A DNA stretch of 64,000 nt from Chloroflexota bacterium (GCA_963662335.2 CAXXVD010000002.1:512001-576000), one strand, 5' to 3'. Numbered from the stretch's first letter, positions 48,596 through 57,990 are shown. Numbers and translations are program-made. Notes: a model not told the origin generated them from the letters alone.

Positions 48596-49309
48596 CTAGA
48601 GCAACGGCAGGTCGGCCAGAGAGAGCACCTGCCACCAGTGGCCGGCATCGAGCACCTGGAGCATGAAGCGCGGCGTGCCCAGCGGCGTGATGGTGAACGA
48701 CGGGTCCAGCGGCGGATAGGCCGGGTTGGCGAAGAGTTCCGCGCCGGCTTGCAGCAGGTTATCAAGGGTCAAGGGTTGCTGCGCCGCCGCCACGAGCAGG
48801 GGTTGTCCCAGGGCGATGAGCGCGGCGGCGTCCGCGCCGGGCCGGGGCGCGCCGCGCACGTGGGCGAAGTACTCCACGCCGTAGACGGTTTGCAGATCGC
48901 CGTAGGGATTGTCCGGCGGGCGGTACGCGGCGGCGTAGAGCAGGGCCGGCGCGGGCACGTCGTCTATCTCTACGGCGAAGATGTCGCTCTTGACGTTCAA
49001 GTAGTAGGTCTCGCGGCTGGAAAAGAGCCGCACCTCGCAGCCGGTCTCGGCTTCACCGTGGCGGTGCGCGGCGTCTTGCCACGACTCGCCCGTCGCGCAC
49101 ATGCCGCCGACGCCCCACAGCGGCAGCGCCCGCCCGCCGTCCTCCGCCTCCTGCGCGTAGCGCGGCTCCGGCAGCGTGAAGAGCAGCTTGTTTTGCCGCA
49201 GACCAATGATGCCGGCAAAGCCGGAAGAGCCGGCAAAGCCGGAAGAGTCCGCGAAGCCGGAAGAGCCCGCGAACCGCTGGTCTACCGCGCCAAAGTCACG
49301 GAGTCGCAT
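48596..49309 (-). CDS. Nudix-like hypothetical protein with degenerate Nudix box
   Basis: GGMCATGESWQDAAHRHGEAETG; N-terminal FAGSSG-type repeats. Confidence 0.55.
   Translation of the reverse strand: MRLRDFGAVDQRFAGSSGFADSSGFAGSSGFAGIIGLRQNKLLFTLPEPRYAQEAEDGGRALPLWGVGGMCATGESWQDAAHRHGEAETGCEVRLFSSRETYYLNVKSDIFAVEIDDVPAPALLYAAAYRPPDNPYGDLQTVYGVEYFAHVRGAPRPGADAAALIALGQPLLVAAAQQPLTLDNLLQAGAELFANPAYPPLDPSFTITPLGTPRFMLQVLDAGHWWQVLSLADLPLL
49211..49273. repeat. In-frame 18-bp tandem repeat (about 3.5 units) encoding FA(G/D)SSG
   Basis: GCCGGCAAAGCCGGAAGA-type units. Confidence 0.75.
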
Positions 49310-49393
49310 GGGCTGAATGGCCTCTTTGGATGTTGACTCCCCGGTAGCGCAGGTTTGCAACCTGCGAGCTCTGGCGGGGGACAAGCCCCCGCG

Positions 49394-50773
49394 CTACGGG
49401 GAGATAATCGCGCGGATGCGGTCCGCGACCAGTTCCGGCTTGTCGCCGTCCAGGTTGAGCGGATTGATGGAGACGCTGCCTTCCTGGGAGCCGTACTGGC
49501 TGACGGCTATGGCCGGGTCGTCGTCGAAGAGGCGATTGACCAGGTCGATCGCGGAAACGCCGTGCACGGATTCGTCCAGCGTGACGCGCAGGGTCGGATA
49601 GGACGTGCCGTCGCGTCCGACCACCTCGGTAGAAACGCCGGCCACGTCAGCGAGAGCATCGGCGATTGCGTCCAGGCGGCGCAGCCACTCCTGCCGCGCG
49701 GCGGCGTGGTCGCGGCTGACGTATTTCCGCACCGCCGCCAGCAGGCCGGCGATTTCCTCTTTGCCCACCTTCATGGGTCTGCCGATGCCCTGGAGCGGCG
49801 GGCCGAGCAGGCGGCCGCTGTCGAGCAATTGCTCGCGGAGCGTCCACGTTTCCGGCATCACGTCCATGTCCTGGTGCTGGAGCGCCACCGAATCGATGAG
49901 GTCGCGGCGTCCCACCAGGATGCCGGAGGCTTGCGGGCCTTGGATCGCCTTGCCGCCGGAGAAGGAGACCAGGTCCGCGCCCGTGCCAATCAGGCCTTGC
50001 AAGTTTTCGGCGGGCGGCAGGCCGCCGGCCGCGTCCACGATCACGGGCACGCCGTGTTTGTGCGCCACGGCCACGGAGTCTTCCAGGCTCACCGCGCCTT
50101 CCACGGGCATTGCCACCCAGTGCACGGCCACCGTGCGTTCGTTGATGGCGGTCTCGATGTGCCAGGGCTCCGTGTAGCCGCCGGTGGGATGGCCGATGTG
50201 TCCGACCTCGACCAGCTTGGCCCCGGCCGTGCGCAGGGCGTGGTCGTAGGCGTTGCGGTGGATGCGCTGGACGACAACCTCGTTGGGAATTGCGTCAGTA
50301 TCCGGCAGCAGGTTCATCTTGTGGATGTCGAGGCCGGTGATGCAGGCGGCCGTGCCGACCAGCAGGCCCGCCGCCGCGCCCGCGGTAACGTAGCCGGCTT
50401 CCGCGCCGGTGACCGCGGCGAGGTAGGCGCCCGCCGCCTCTTGCAGTTCCTCGATGCGCACGCTCCACTGGGCCGCCTGGCGCATGGCCTCGAGCACGTC
50501 GTCGTCCATGGGCGTGCCGCCGAGACGGGTGAGCGTGCCGGCGGCGTTGATAACGCGCTTCACGCCCAGTTCGTGATAGAAGTCGCCCAGTTCCGCCGGC
50601 AACGTTGCCTTGCGCGAGCGCGCGGCTATCTGCCTGACGTCTTCGCTGTCGAACTGCCAGCGGCGGCTGGTCGCGCCTTGGCTGCCGAGACCCTTCTCCC
50701 GCGCGATTTCAATGACCCGCTGCCCGGTGATGCCGAGCATCGTGGCGGTCTCTTTGGTTGAATAGATCCTCAT
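49394..50773 (-). CDS. SelA-like/DgaE-type PLP enzyme with N-terminal HTH domain
   Basis: LGVKRVINAAGTLTRLGG, VTAGAAAG, VDAA, PLP Lys in FSGGKAIQGPQ, and GIGRPMKVGKEEI. N-terminal YSTKETATMLGIT..RRWQF. Confidence 0.8.
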   Translation of the reverse strand: MRIYSTKETATMLGITGQRVIEIAREKGLGSQGATSRRWQFDSEDVRQIAARSRKATLPAELGDFYHELGVKRVINAAGTLTRLGGTPMDDDVLEAMRQAAQWSVRIEELQEAAGAYLAAVTGAEAGYVTAGAAAGLLVGTAACITGLDIHKMNLLPDTDAIPNEVVVQRIHRNAYDHALRTAGAKLVEVGHIGHPTGGYTEPWHIETAINERTVAVHWVAMPVEGAVSLEDSVAVAHKHGVPVIVDAAGGLPPAENLQGLIGTGADLVSFSGGKAIQGPQASGILVGRRDLIDSVALQHQDMDVMPETWTLREQLLDSGRLLGPPLQGIGRPMKVGKEEIAGLLAAVRKYVSRDHAAARQEWLRRLDAIADALADVAGVSTEVVGRDGTSYPTLRVTLDESVHGVSAIDLVNRLFDDDPAIAVSQYGSQEGSVSINPLNLDGDKPELVADRIRAIISP

Positions 50774-50821
50774 GGCGATAGTCGCTTCCTCTCCGTATGC
50801 GTGTGCTCTGTGGATTCAGGT

Positions 50822-51670
50822 CTAGCGCGGCGGCGTGGCGTCGGGCGAAAGCGGCCCTACGGTGGCGTCGCTGCCGCGGTCGAAGTAGCCGCGCACGGGG
50901 TAGTTGTGCAGTTCGTTGCAGGCCAGGATGAGGCGTTCCACGGCCAGGTTGAAGATGCGCTCGCCTTTCTCGGCGCTGGCCGCGAACGGATCGCCCATCA
51001 CGCCCTCGTCGGCTTCCCGGCGGCGTTCCGGCCACTTGGCGAACTTGCCCACCACCGGATCGCGGAACCAGGGCGCCAAGCCGTTGGGCGTGCGCTTGTC
51101 CAAGTCCACCATGTGGCCGCGCAGGTAGAGTTGCAGCGAGGTCTCCCACTCGCCGCCGTGGCCGATGCTGTCGTCGCTGTCGCCCCACTCCTTCAGTTCG
51201 TCTTCCACCATGTGGAAGTACGTCACGTGGAGCGCCCAGATGTCCTCTTGCGCCAGCTTGACCGAGGTGGTTTGCGTGGGCGCGACATTGCCGCCGTGGC
51301 CGTTGAGCATGATCATGCGCTCGAAGCCGTTGGCCTTGATGCTGCGGCAGACGTCGCAGAGCACGGCGATATACGTCTCCAGCGTGACCGTAATCGTGCC
51401 GATGTGCCCCATGTTGAAGTGGGTGAAGCCGGTCCAGACCGGCGGCGCGACGATAATGGGGTAATCATCGGTGCGGGTGGCGGCCTCGGCGGCCAGGTAG
51501 TAGGGAATGCTGATGTCGATGTCGGTGGGGCTGTGCGGCCCGTGCTGCTCGATGGAACCCACGGGAATGATGACCACCGGATCGTGCTTGAGCGCCTCGT
51601 AGAGTTCGTGCCGCCACATCTCCTGCCAGAAGACTTTCTTGTTCGTGCCGTCGTAGGACCTGGTGTACAT
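50822..51670 (-). CDS. Creatininase-family amidohydrolase
   Basis: PVGSIEQHGPH..D, NGHGGN, HGGEWETS and GVMGDP..ASAEKG. Confidence 0.88.
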   Translation of the reverse strand: MYTRSYDGTNKKVFWQEMWRHELYEALKHDPVVIIPVGSIEQHGPHSPTDIDISIPYYLAAEAATRTDDYPIIVAPPVWTGFTHFNMGHIGTITVTLETYIAVLCDVCRSIKANGFERMIMLNGHGGNVAPTQTTSVKLAQEDIWALHVTYFHMVEDELKEWGDSDDSIGHGGEWETSLQLYLRGHMVDLDKRTPNGLAPWFRDPVVGKFAKWPERRREADEGVMGDPFAASAEKGERIFNLAVERLILACNELHNYPVRGYFDRGSDATVGPLSPDATPPR

Positions 51671-52081
51671 GTATCTCTTCCCTTCCAAATCATGCATGGT
51701 ACCGGCTTGGTCGTAGATAGGGTACCATGCCGCCCGTTTTCGTTGCGTTCAGCGAAGCAAAGTGTAAATGTCAGGTAATTCGTTGCCAGTTTTGGTAGCA
51801 ACAATTGGTGGGTCCACTGTGGTGTATGGCCACAACACATGTCATTCCGAACGGAGCGCAGCGCAGTGAGGAATCTACAGTGCTGGCGCCATTAGACCGC
51901 CGGGAGCATGGACCCTAGATTCCTCGCTGCGCTCGGAATGACATGTACTGTCGACGCTCTCTAGTGGAAACGAAATTCTGTCAACGAATTGTTCAACACG
52001 TGCGGCAATGGCCGTTGCACTGAGCCTGCTCTCTTGCAGTGTTCGCGTTTCTGAATTGCTGGAGAGAGAACCAAGTGTCGT

Positions 52082-52142
52082 GGGCCGCTTACTCTCCGTT
52101 CATGCTTCGACAGGCTCAGCACGAACGGAGAGTAAGCGGCCC
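52082..52142. repeat. REP-F palindrome (CCGTTC..CTTCGACARGCTCAG..GAACGG)
   Basis: Long hairpin; related copies at about 61666-61734 and 61755-61789. Confidence 0.75.
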
Positions 52143-52199
52143 ACTTGCTCTTGACCAACACATCGTCCGGGATTACCCATCACTCATTAGCATAGGACT

Positions 52200-53336
52200 C
52201 TATGCAGGCGCGGGCACGTCCACCCAGCCGCGCTCCTGGGCCGAAACGCCCACGGCCTCCATGATTTCCTGCACGCGCAGGCCGTCGCTGAAATCGGGAC
52301 TCATCGGCGCGCCGCTGTCCAGCGCTTCCAGGAAGTCCTTGAAGATGTGGATGAAGGCCTCGCCGTAGCCGATGCTGTGGGCGGCGGACGGCCAATAGCC
52401 GGACATGTAGTCGTGGTGCGCCGGGTCCGAGGCGTGGATCGTGCGGAAGCCGGACACCGGGCCGGGGTCGTCGCCGGCGTAGTACTGCAACTCGTTCAGG
52501 CGCTCGAAGTAGAAGCGCACCGAGCCTTTGCTGCCGTTGACCTCGAAGCCGAAGTTGTTCTTGTTGCCCCGCGCCAGCTTGGTGACTTCCAGGATGCCCT
52601 GCGCGCCGTTGGCGAACTGCAAGAGCGCCTGCGCGCAGTCGTCAACGGTCACCGCGCCGCTGCCGCCGCCGGGCGTGGGACGCTCCTTGATGTAGGTGGC
52701 GAGGTTGCCGCAGACGCTGCGCACGTCGCCCAGCAGGAAGCGCGCGGTGTCGAGCACGTGAGAGCCGATGTCGCCAAAGACGCCGAAACCGGCGTATTCC
52801 TGCTGCATGCGCCAGCCGAGCGGCGTGGCCGGATCGGCGAAGCGCTCGGCCAGGAACCAGCCGCGAAAGTGGTAGATCTCGCCCAGCGCGCCGTCCGCGA
52901 TAAGCTTTTGGGCCAAGCGAATCGCCGGGTAACGCCGGAAGTGGAAGCAGACGGTGTTGCGCACGCCGGCCTTCTCGACCGCCGCGACCATGGACCGCGC
53001 TTCCGGGACGCTCACGGCCAGCGGCTTTTCGCAGATGACCTGCTTGCCGGCCTCCGCGGCGGCAATGGCAACGTCGGCGTGCAGATGGTTGGGGGTGGAC
53101 ACGTCTACCAGGTCCACGTCGTCGCGGGTGACGGCCTCGCGCCAATCGGTCGATGATTCTTCCCAGCCGAGGACGGTTGCGGCTTCTTGCACGGCAACCG
53201 CGTCGCGCCCGGCGATTACTTTGAGCCGCGGGCGGTAGGGCACGTCGGGATAGAAGAGATTCACGTCGCGGTAGGCGTGGGTGTGGGCTTTGCCCATGAA
53301 GCGGTGGCCCACCAAGGCAACGTTGATGTCTGGCAC
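52200..53336 (-). CDS. Gfo/Idh/MocA family oxidoreductase
   Basis: VGHRFMGKAH, STPNHLH, CEKPL and GDIGSH. Confidence 0.88.
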   Translation of the reverse strand: MPDINVALVGHRFMGKAHTHAYRDVNLFYPDVPYRPRLKVIAGRDAVAVQEAATVLGWEESSTDWREAVTRDDVDLVDVSTPNHLHADVAIAAAEAGKQVICEKPLAVSVPEARSMVAAVEKAGVRNTVCFHFRRYPAIRLAQKLIADGALGEIYHFRGWFLAERFADPATPLGWRMQQEYAGFGVFGDIGSHVLDTARFLLGDVRSVCGNLATYIKERPTPGGGSGAVTVDDCAQALLQFANGAQGILEVTKLARGNKNNFGFEVNGSKGSVRFYFERLNELQYYAGDDPGPVSGFRTIHASDPAHHDYMSGYWPSAAHSIGYGEAFIHIFKDFLEALDSGAPMSPDFSDGLRVQEIMEAVGVSAQERGWVDVPAPA

Positions 53337-53886
53337 GGGTTTTTCCTTTCCCTTGGCCGCTGCGCGCGGCTGGCGCATGGCTCATGCGGGGACGAGGCTC
53401 TGTTCTTGCGAATTGTGCGGATCGCGCGGGCGGCGCGCTCCGGCACTGAGCGTAACCGACGCGGCGGCGGCTGGTCAAGGCGCGGCCGAGCAGGAATGCC
53501 TAAAGAGTCAAGCGTAAGGCAAGGCGTGTGCGCTTTGCGGAGGAAATTGGTTGAACGCAGACCGCGCGCGCTGCAGTGCGGCGCGTTTGTCCTTGCCCAA
53601 AGTGGCGCACCGGCATGTCATTCTGAGGAGCCCTTCGGCAAGCTCAGTGTAAACTCCGCGACGAAGAATCTCGTGCGGCGCCAATGCGAGGTCACTCGCT
53701 GTGCCCTAGATTCCTCGCTGCGCTCGGAATGACATGCAAACTCGCGCGACGAGAGTTGCAAGTTTGAGTTGACTGATGCCGGGTTGCGTATTTGCTTGTA
53801 CGTCTCTTTGCCGTATGGTCTAATGGTTGAAAGCAATGACGTAGCGGGCACATCGCGCGCCACGTCTCACGCGAGGAGGAAGCGGT

Positions 53887-54327
53887 ATGGCGAGCATCAC
53901 CATCCAGTTGAGCGCCCCCAATCTCGAACTCGCCGCTGTGCTGAAGGACGTTACCGGGGGCGTGCTGCACCAGAACGGCCCGTGGCTGACGATCGAGGGC
54001 AAGCGGCTGGAGATTGCGCGCGCCAAAGTCGAACAGGCCTGGGGCCGGCCGCTGACCGAGGAGCGGTGGCGGTCGCTCACGCAGAGCCGCCGCGGGCACG
54101 TGGTGGAGCACACCAGTCAGGTAATCGTGGTGCAGGACCAGCCGGCCGCGCCACCGGCCGCCGCTAGCGCCGAGCGCGGGCTGACGCTGACCCTGGACGA
54201 CGCCTGGCTCATGGAACGCCTGCAACAAGAGGCGAAACGGCGGGGCGTGACGGTAAACCAGCTTGCCGCGAAGGCAATCGAACGCTTTCTGCGCACCACG
54301 GCGGGCGGCGGAGCGCAAGGCCGGTGA
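53887..54327 (+). CDS. Hypothetical protein with C-terminal ribbon-helix-helix-like domain
   Basis: LTLTLDDAWLMERLQQEAKRRGVTVNQLAAKAIERFL. GAGGAGG RBS. GTGA overlap with the next gene. Confidence 0.6.
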   Translation: MASITIQLSAPNLELAAVLKDVTGGVLHQNGPWLTIEGKRLEIARAKVEQAWGRPLTEERWRSLTQSRRGHVVEHTSQVIVVQDQPAAPPAAASAERGLTLTLDDAWLMERLQQEAKRRGVTVNQLAAKAIERFLRTTAGGGAQGR

Positions 54328-56513
54328 CGCAATACGACGGCCTGGCGTCAGCCAATGCGGTGGAGTTCACTCGCTGGGACCAGGCGGCGCAGCTTGAGCG
54401 GTACCTCGACGCGCTTGCCATCCAAGCGTATGATTGGCGGCGCGCCCGGTGGCGGCGCGACTTCTCCGGCCTGCGGGCGTACGCGGAGTCCGTTGCGCCG
54501 AACCGCGAGCGCTGGCGGGAGATGCTGGGTAACTGGCCCACGGCGGCGGAGCGCGTGCCGTTGGAACCCGACCGCCACGTGGTGGCGGAGCGGGCCGACC
54601 ACACGGTCTACGCCGTCACGTTCGGCACGCTGCCGGGCGTGCGCTCGTTTGCCCATCTGCTCGTGCCCAAGCGCATTGAGGCCCCAAGGCCGGCCGTGAT
54701 TTGCCAGCACGGCATGGGCGGCTCCCCGCACTCGATCGCCGGACTGGTGGCGGCGGACGACGCCTACCACAAGTTTGGCCAGCGGTTGGCCGAACGCGGC
54801 TACGTGGTGCTCGCTCCGCACTGCATCAACTTCATCGAGTGGCGCAGCCGCCTGCACAATAAGGCGCTGCTGGTCGGGCGCACGCTGATGGGCCTGGAAA
54901 TCTGGCGCGAGATGCGGGTGGTTGACCTGCTGGAGACGCTGCCGTCGGTGGATAGCGAGCGCATCGGCTTCTACGGCCTCTCCCAGGGCGGCAAGATGGC
55001 GCTCTGGTTCCCGCCGCTGGAACCCCGCATCCGCGCCACCGTCATCTCGGCCTTCTACAACGAACGCACCAAGAAGCAACTCGTCGCCTCGCCCCACTAC
55101 CGGCCGTTCATCAACACCCGCGAACAATCGTATTTCGAGCCGGATTTCCTGACCGAGTTTTCGGACTACGACCTGGCTTCGCTCATCTGCCCGCGTCCGG
55201 TGATGATCGAGCACGGGCAGAAGGACAGTTCCTACTACATCGAGACTGCGCGCGAGGAGTTCTTTCCCCTCAAAGAAATCTATGAACGCCTCGGCGTCGG
55301 CGAGCGCTGCGAGTGGGGTGAATTCGACGGCCCGCACGAGATTCACGGCGTGGAGTCGTTCGCGTTTCTGGACCGCTGGCTGAACGACGGCAGTCCGCCA
55401 AAACGGAACGCCGCGCCGGTTGACGAAGAGGTCACGCCACCGCCGCCGGTTTTCGTGAACGAAGCCGCTATACAGGCCATGCGCGACGACACCAACGGCC
55501 AGCACGACCGCTACCTGGACAACCTGGCCGAGCTAGCCTACGCCGAGCGGGCGGCGCGTTGGCAGCGCGACTACACGGGCGTGGACGCCTACGAAAGTTC
55601 AGTGGCGCGGAACCGCCAGGCGTGGCTGGAGATGCTGGGCGGGCTGCCGCCGGCAGCGGAGCGCGTGCCATTGAATCCGGCGCGCCACGTAGTGGCGGAA
55701 CGCCCCGATCACACGGTCTACGCCGTCAACCTCGACGTGCTGCCCGGCGTGCGGCAGTTTGGCTACTTGCTCGTGCCCAAGGGGATCAGCGCGCCGCGGG
55801 CGGCCGTGGTGGCGCAGCATGGACTCGGCGGGGCCGTGCAGGCCGTGGCCGGGCTGCTGGAAGAGGACGACGCCTACCATCGCTACGGCCGGCGTTTGGC
55901 GGAGCGGGGCTACGTGGTCTTCGCGCCGCACTGCATCAACGGCACGCCCCGGCGCGTGCGGTTGCACAACAAGGCAATTGTGCTTGGTAGGCGGTTGATG
56001 GGACTGGAGATCTGGCGCGAGATGAAAGTGATCGACTACCTGCAAGCGCTGCCGGAAGTCGATCCGGCGCGCATCGGCTTCTACGGCCTTTCACAGGGCG
56101 GGACGATGACCCTCTGGCTTACGCCCCTGGAACCCCGCATACAAGCGGCGGTGGTGTCCGCCTATTTCAATGAGCGCACCCGCAAACTCAACGTGGAGTC
56201 CGAGCGCTACCGCGCGTACGTCACCACGGATGAATACCACCAGTACTACCTGGGCCAATTGCTGGAGTTTTCCGACACCGACCTGGGGTCGCTCATCTGT
56301 CCCCGCCCGCTGTTCATCGAGCAAGGCACGCGGGATAGCGCGGTCTACTACCAGGACGCGGAAATCGAGTTCCGGCGGCTCCACGCCCACTACGACCAAC
56401 TAGGGCTAGGCGACCGCTGCGTGTGGGGCCTGTTCGAGGGCAAGCACGAGATTCACGGGGAGCAGTCGTTCCCGTTTCTCGATAGATGGCTGGAGCACAC
56501 GCCGACCGCGTAA
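54324..56513 (+). CDS. Double-domain alpha/beta hydrolase (dienelactone hydrolase-like)
   Basis: Two homologous halves, each with QHG, GFYGLSQGG, ICPRP and HEIHG. Confidence 0.85.
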   Translation: MTQYDGLASANAVEFTRWDQAAQLERYLDALAIQAYDWRRARWRRDFSGLRAYAESVAPNRERWREMLGNWPTAAERVPLEPDRHVVAERADHTVYAVTFGTLPGVRSFAHLLVPKRIEAPRPAVICQHGMGGSPHSIAGLVAADDAYHKFGQRLAERGYVVLAPHCINFIEWRSRLHNKALLVGRTLMGLEIWREMRVVDLLETLPSVDSERIGFYGLSQGGKMALWFPPLEPRIRATVISAFYNERTKKQLVASPHYRPFINTREQSYFEPDFLTEFSDYDLASLICPRPVMIEHGQKDSSYYIETAREEFFPLKEIYERLGVGERCEWGEFDGPHEIHGVESFAFLDRWLNDGSPPKRNAAPVDEEVTPPPPVFVNEAAIQAMRDDTNGQHDRYLDNLAELAYAERAARWQRDYTGVDAYESSVARNRQAWLEMLGGLPPAAERVPLNPARHVVAERPDHTVYAVNLDVLPGVRQFGYLLVPKGISAPRAAVVAQHGLGGAVQAVAGLLEEDDAYHRYGRRLAERGYVVFAPHCINGTPRRVRLHNKAIVLGRRLMGLEIWREMKVIDYLQALPEVDPARIGFYGLSQGGTMTLWLTPLEPRIQAAVVSAYFNERTRKLNVESERYRAYVTTDEYHQYYLGQLLEFSDTDLGSLICPRPLFIEQGTRDSAVYYQDAEIEFRRLHAHYDQLGLGDRCVWGLFEGKHEIHGEQSFPFLDRWLEHTPTA

Positions 56514-56571
56514 GGGCCCTAAGGCGGTTGGTTTCCGGCCTGTTAAGCCAAGACTGATAGCTTCCGGCCCG

Positions 56572-57408
56572 TTAAGCGGAAAGGAAGCCGACGGACCGCA
56601 GGTGCGCCACGCTGCGCACGACCCGCTCCTGGCGCAGTTCCAGGGTCGGTTCCGGCTCGCCGCGAATGCCCTCGATCTCCAGGCTGTACGGGCCGTAGAA
56701 GCCGTGGTCGTTGGCGATCTGGCCGATGCGGGCGAAATCCACCGCGCCGCCGTCGCCCATGGCCGTGAAGTACCAGTCCCGGTAGCCGCCGCGGCTGTCC
56801 TTCAGGTGCATGTGCACGACGTACTCCATGACCTCTTCCAGTTGGGCGTACACGTCCGCGCCCTCGTTGTAGAAGAGGATGTTGCCGGTGTCGAAGTTGA
56901 TGCGGATGGCGTCGTGTTGGAGCGCCTGCATGGTGTCCAGGATGTTCTTTGCATTCTGCGTGATGCCGGGGTGGGTTTCCAGCGCGATGGTGAGGCCGTG
57001 CGAGGCCGCCACGTCGCCGATTGCGCTCAGTTTGTCGAAGAATTCGCGCCGGTCTTCCTCCGCCGGTTCGCCGCCCAGGCCGACGAAGTATTTCGCGCCG
57101 ATGAGGGCCGCCAGGCGCATGCGCTCGGCAATGCGGGCGTAGCCGTCGGGATCCATGAGGTTGTCCGAGCCGTTGGCGCTGATGACGGTGAGGCCGTTGG
57201 CGTCGAGTTCCTGCTTGAGTTTCTGAATGCCCTCGTCGCCCAACTTCTCGCTGGCGACTACGTCCTCGGGAATTTCCAGCACGCCGCCGTGCTGCTTCAT
57301 GGCGAGCTCGAGATGCGTGATGCCGGCCTGGGGCGCGAGGTCGATCGCCGCCCGCACGCCGTAACGGCCGTAGCAGTTGGTGAAAACTTCCAGTAAGTTG
57401 CTGGGCAT
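56572..57408 (-). CDS. Sugar phosphate isomerase/epimerase (TIM barrel)
   Basis: ALETH, NFDTGN, HMHLKD, GDGGAVDF and GPYSLEIE. Confidence 0.85.
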   Translation of the reverse strand: MPSNLLEVFTNCYGRYGVRAAIDLAPQAGITHLELAMKQHGGVLEIPEDVVASEKLGDEGIQKLKQELDANGLTVISANGSDNLMDPDGYARIAERMRLAALIGAKYFVGLGGEPAEEDRREFFDKLSAIGDVAASHGLTIALETHPGITQNAKNILDTMQALQHDAIRINFDTGNILFYNEGADVYAQLEEVMEYVVHMHLKDSRGGYRDWYFTAMGDGGAVDFARIGQIANDHGFYGPYSLEIEGIRGEPEPTLELRQERVVRSVAHLRSVGFLSA

Positions 57409-57817
57409 GATGCGCTCCTATGTGAGGGGTTCTGTTCGCTGCGCCCGAAACGGCCGCCGGCTGCACGGCGGCCGGCGCGCTCTTGTGGCTATTGTAACCG
57501 TCCGGCGCGGCGCGTGCTAAGCCGGTGCGCCGCGAACAGTGACGGATGTGCACAGCTATGGGTTTGGAAACACTCCCGTGTAGGCGTAGGGGCACGACAT
57601 GTCGTGCCCCCTACGCCTCTTGACAGTTTGAGTAGATGCGCAGTCTTGGGAATCTCCCCGCTAGTGCGACGGCATTAGGGGCGAGCCGCCGCGCTACCGG
57701 GTTGGCGTGGCGCAAAGAGGCGGGGGACAAGCCCCCGCGCTACGGTCTGGCAATGGGGCCGAGCGGGGGACAAGCCCCCGCGCTACGGGGTGGCGATCGT
57801 CTTTTCCCTCTCCTGTG

Positions 57818-57990
57818 CTGACAGGGATATGTATTCTATAGCCGACTTCACGTGTCATTCCGAACGGAGCGCAGCGGAGTGAGGAATCTAAAGCACAGCC
57901 CTGCCAAACCAGCAGCTTTAGATTCCTCGCTGCGCTCGGAATGACATTTACGAATTACTTTTACGAATCACTTTCACGTACCGCTGTCAG
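57818..57990. mobile_element. MITE family 2, copy 4 (173 bp, with internal AT-rich duplication)
   Basis: CTGACAGGG..GCTGTCAG ends and an internal REP-B pair. Sits between CCCTCTCCT and AGGAGAGGG. No clear TSD. Confidence 0.7.

Noticed and set aside
49394-50773. Selenocysteine synthase SelA
   Set aside because: Motifs and context (aldolase, sugar kinase) fit the SelA-like/DgaE group. No selB, selC or selD nearby.
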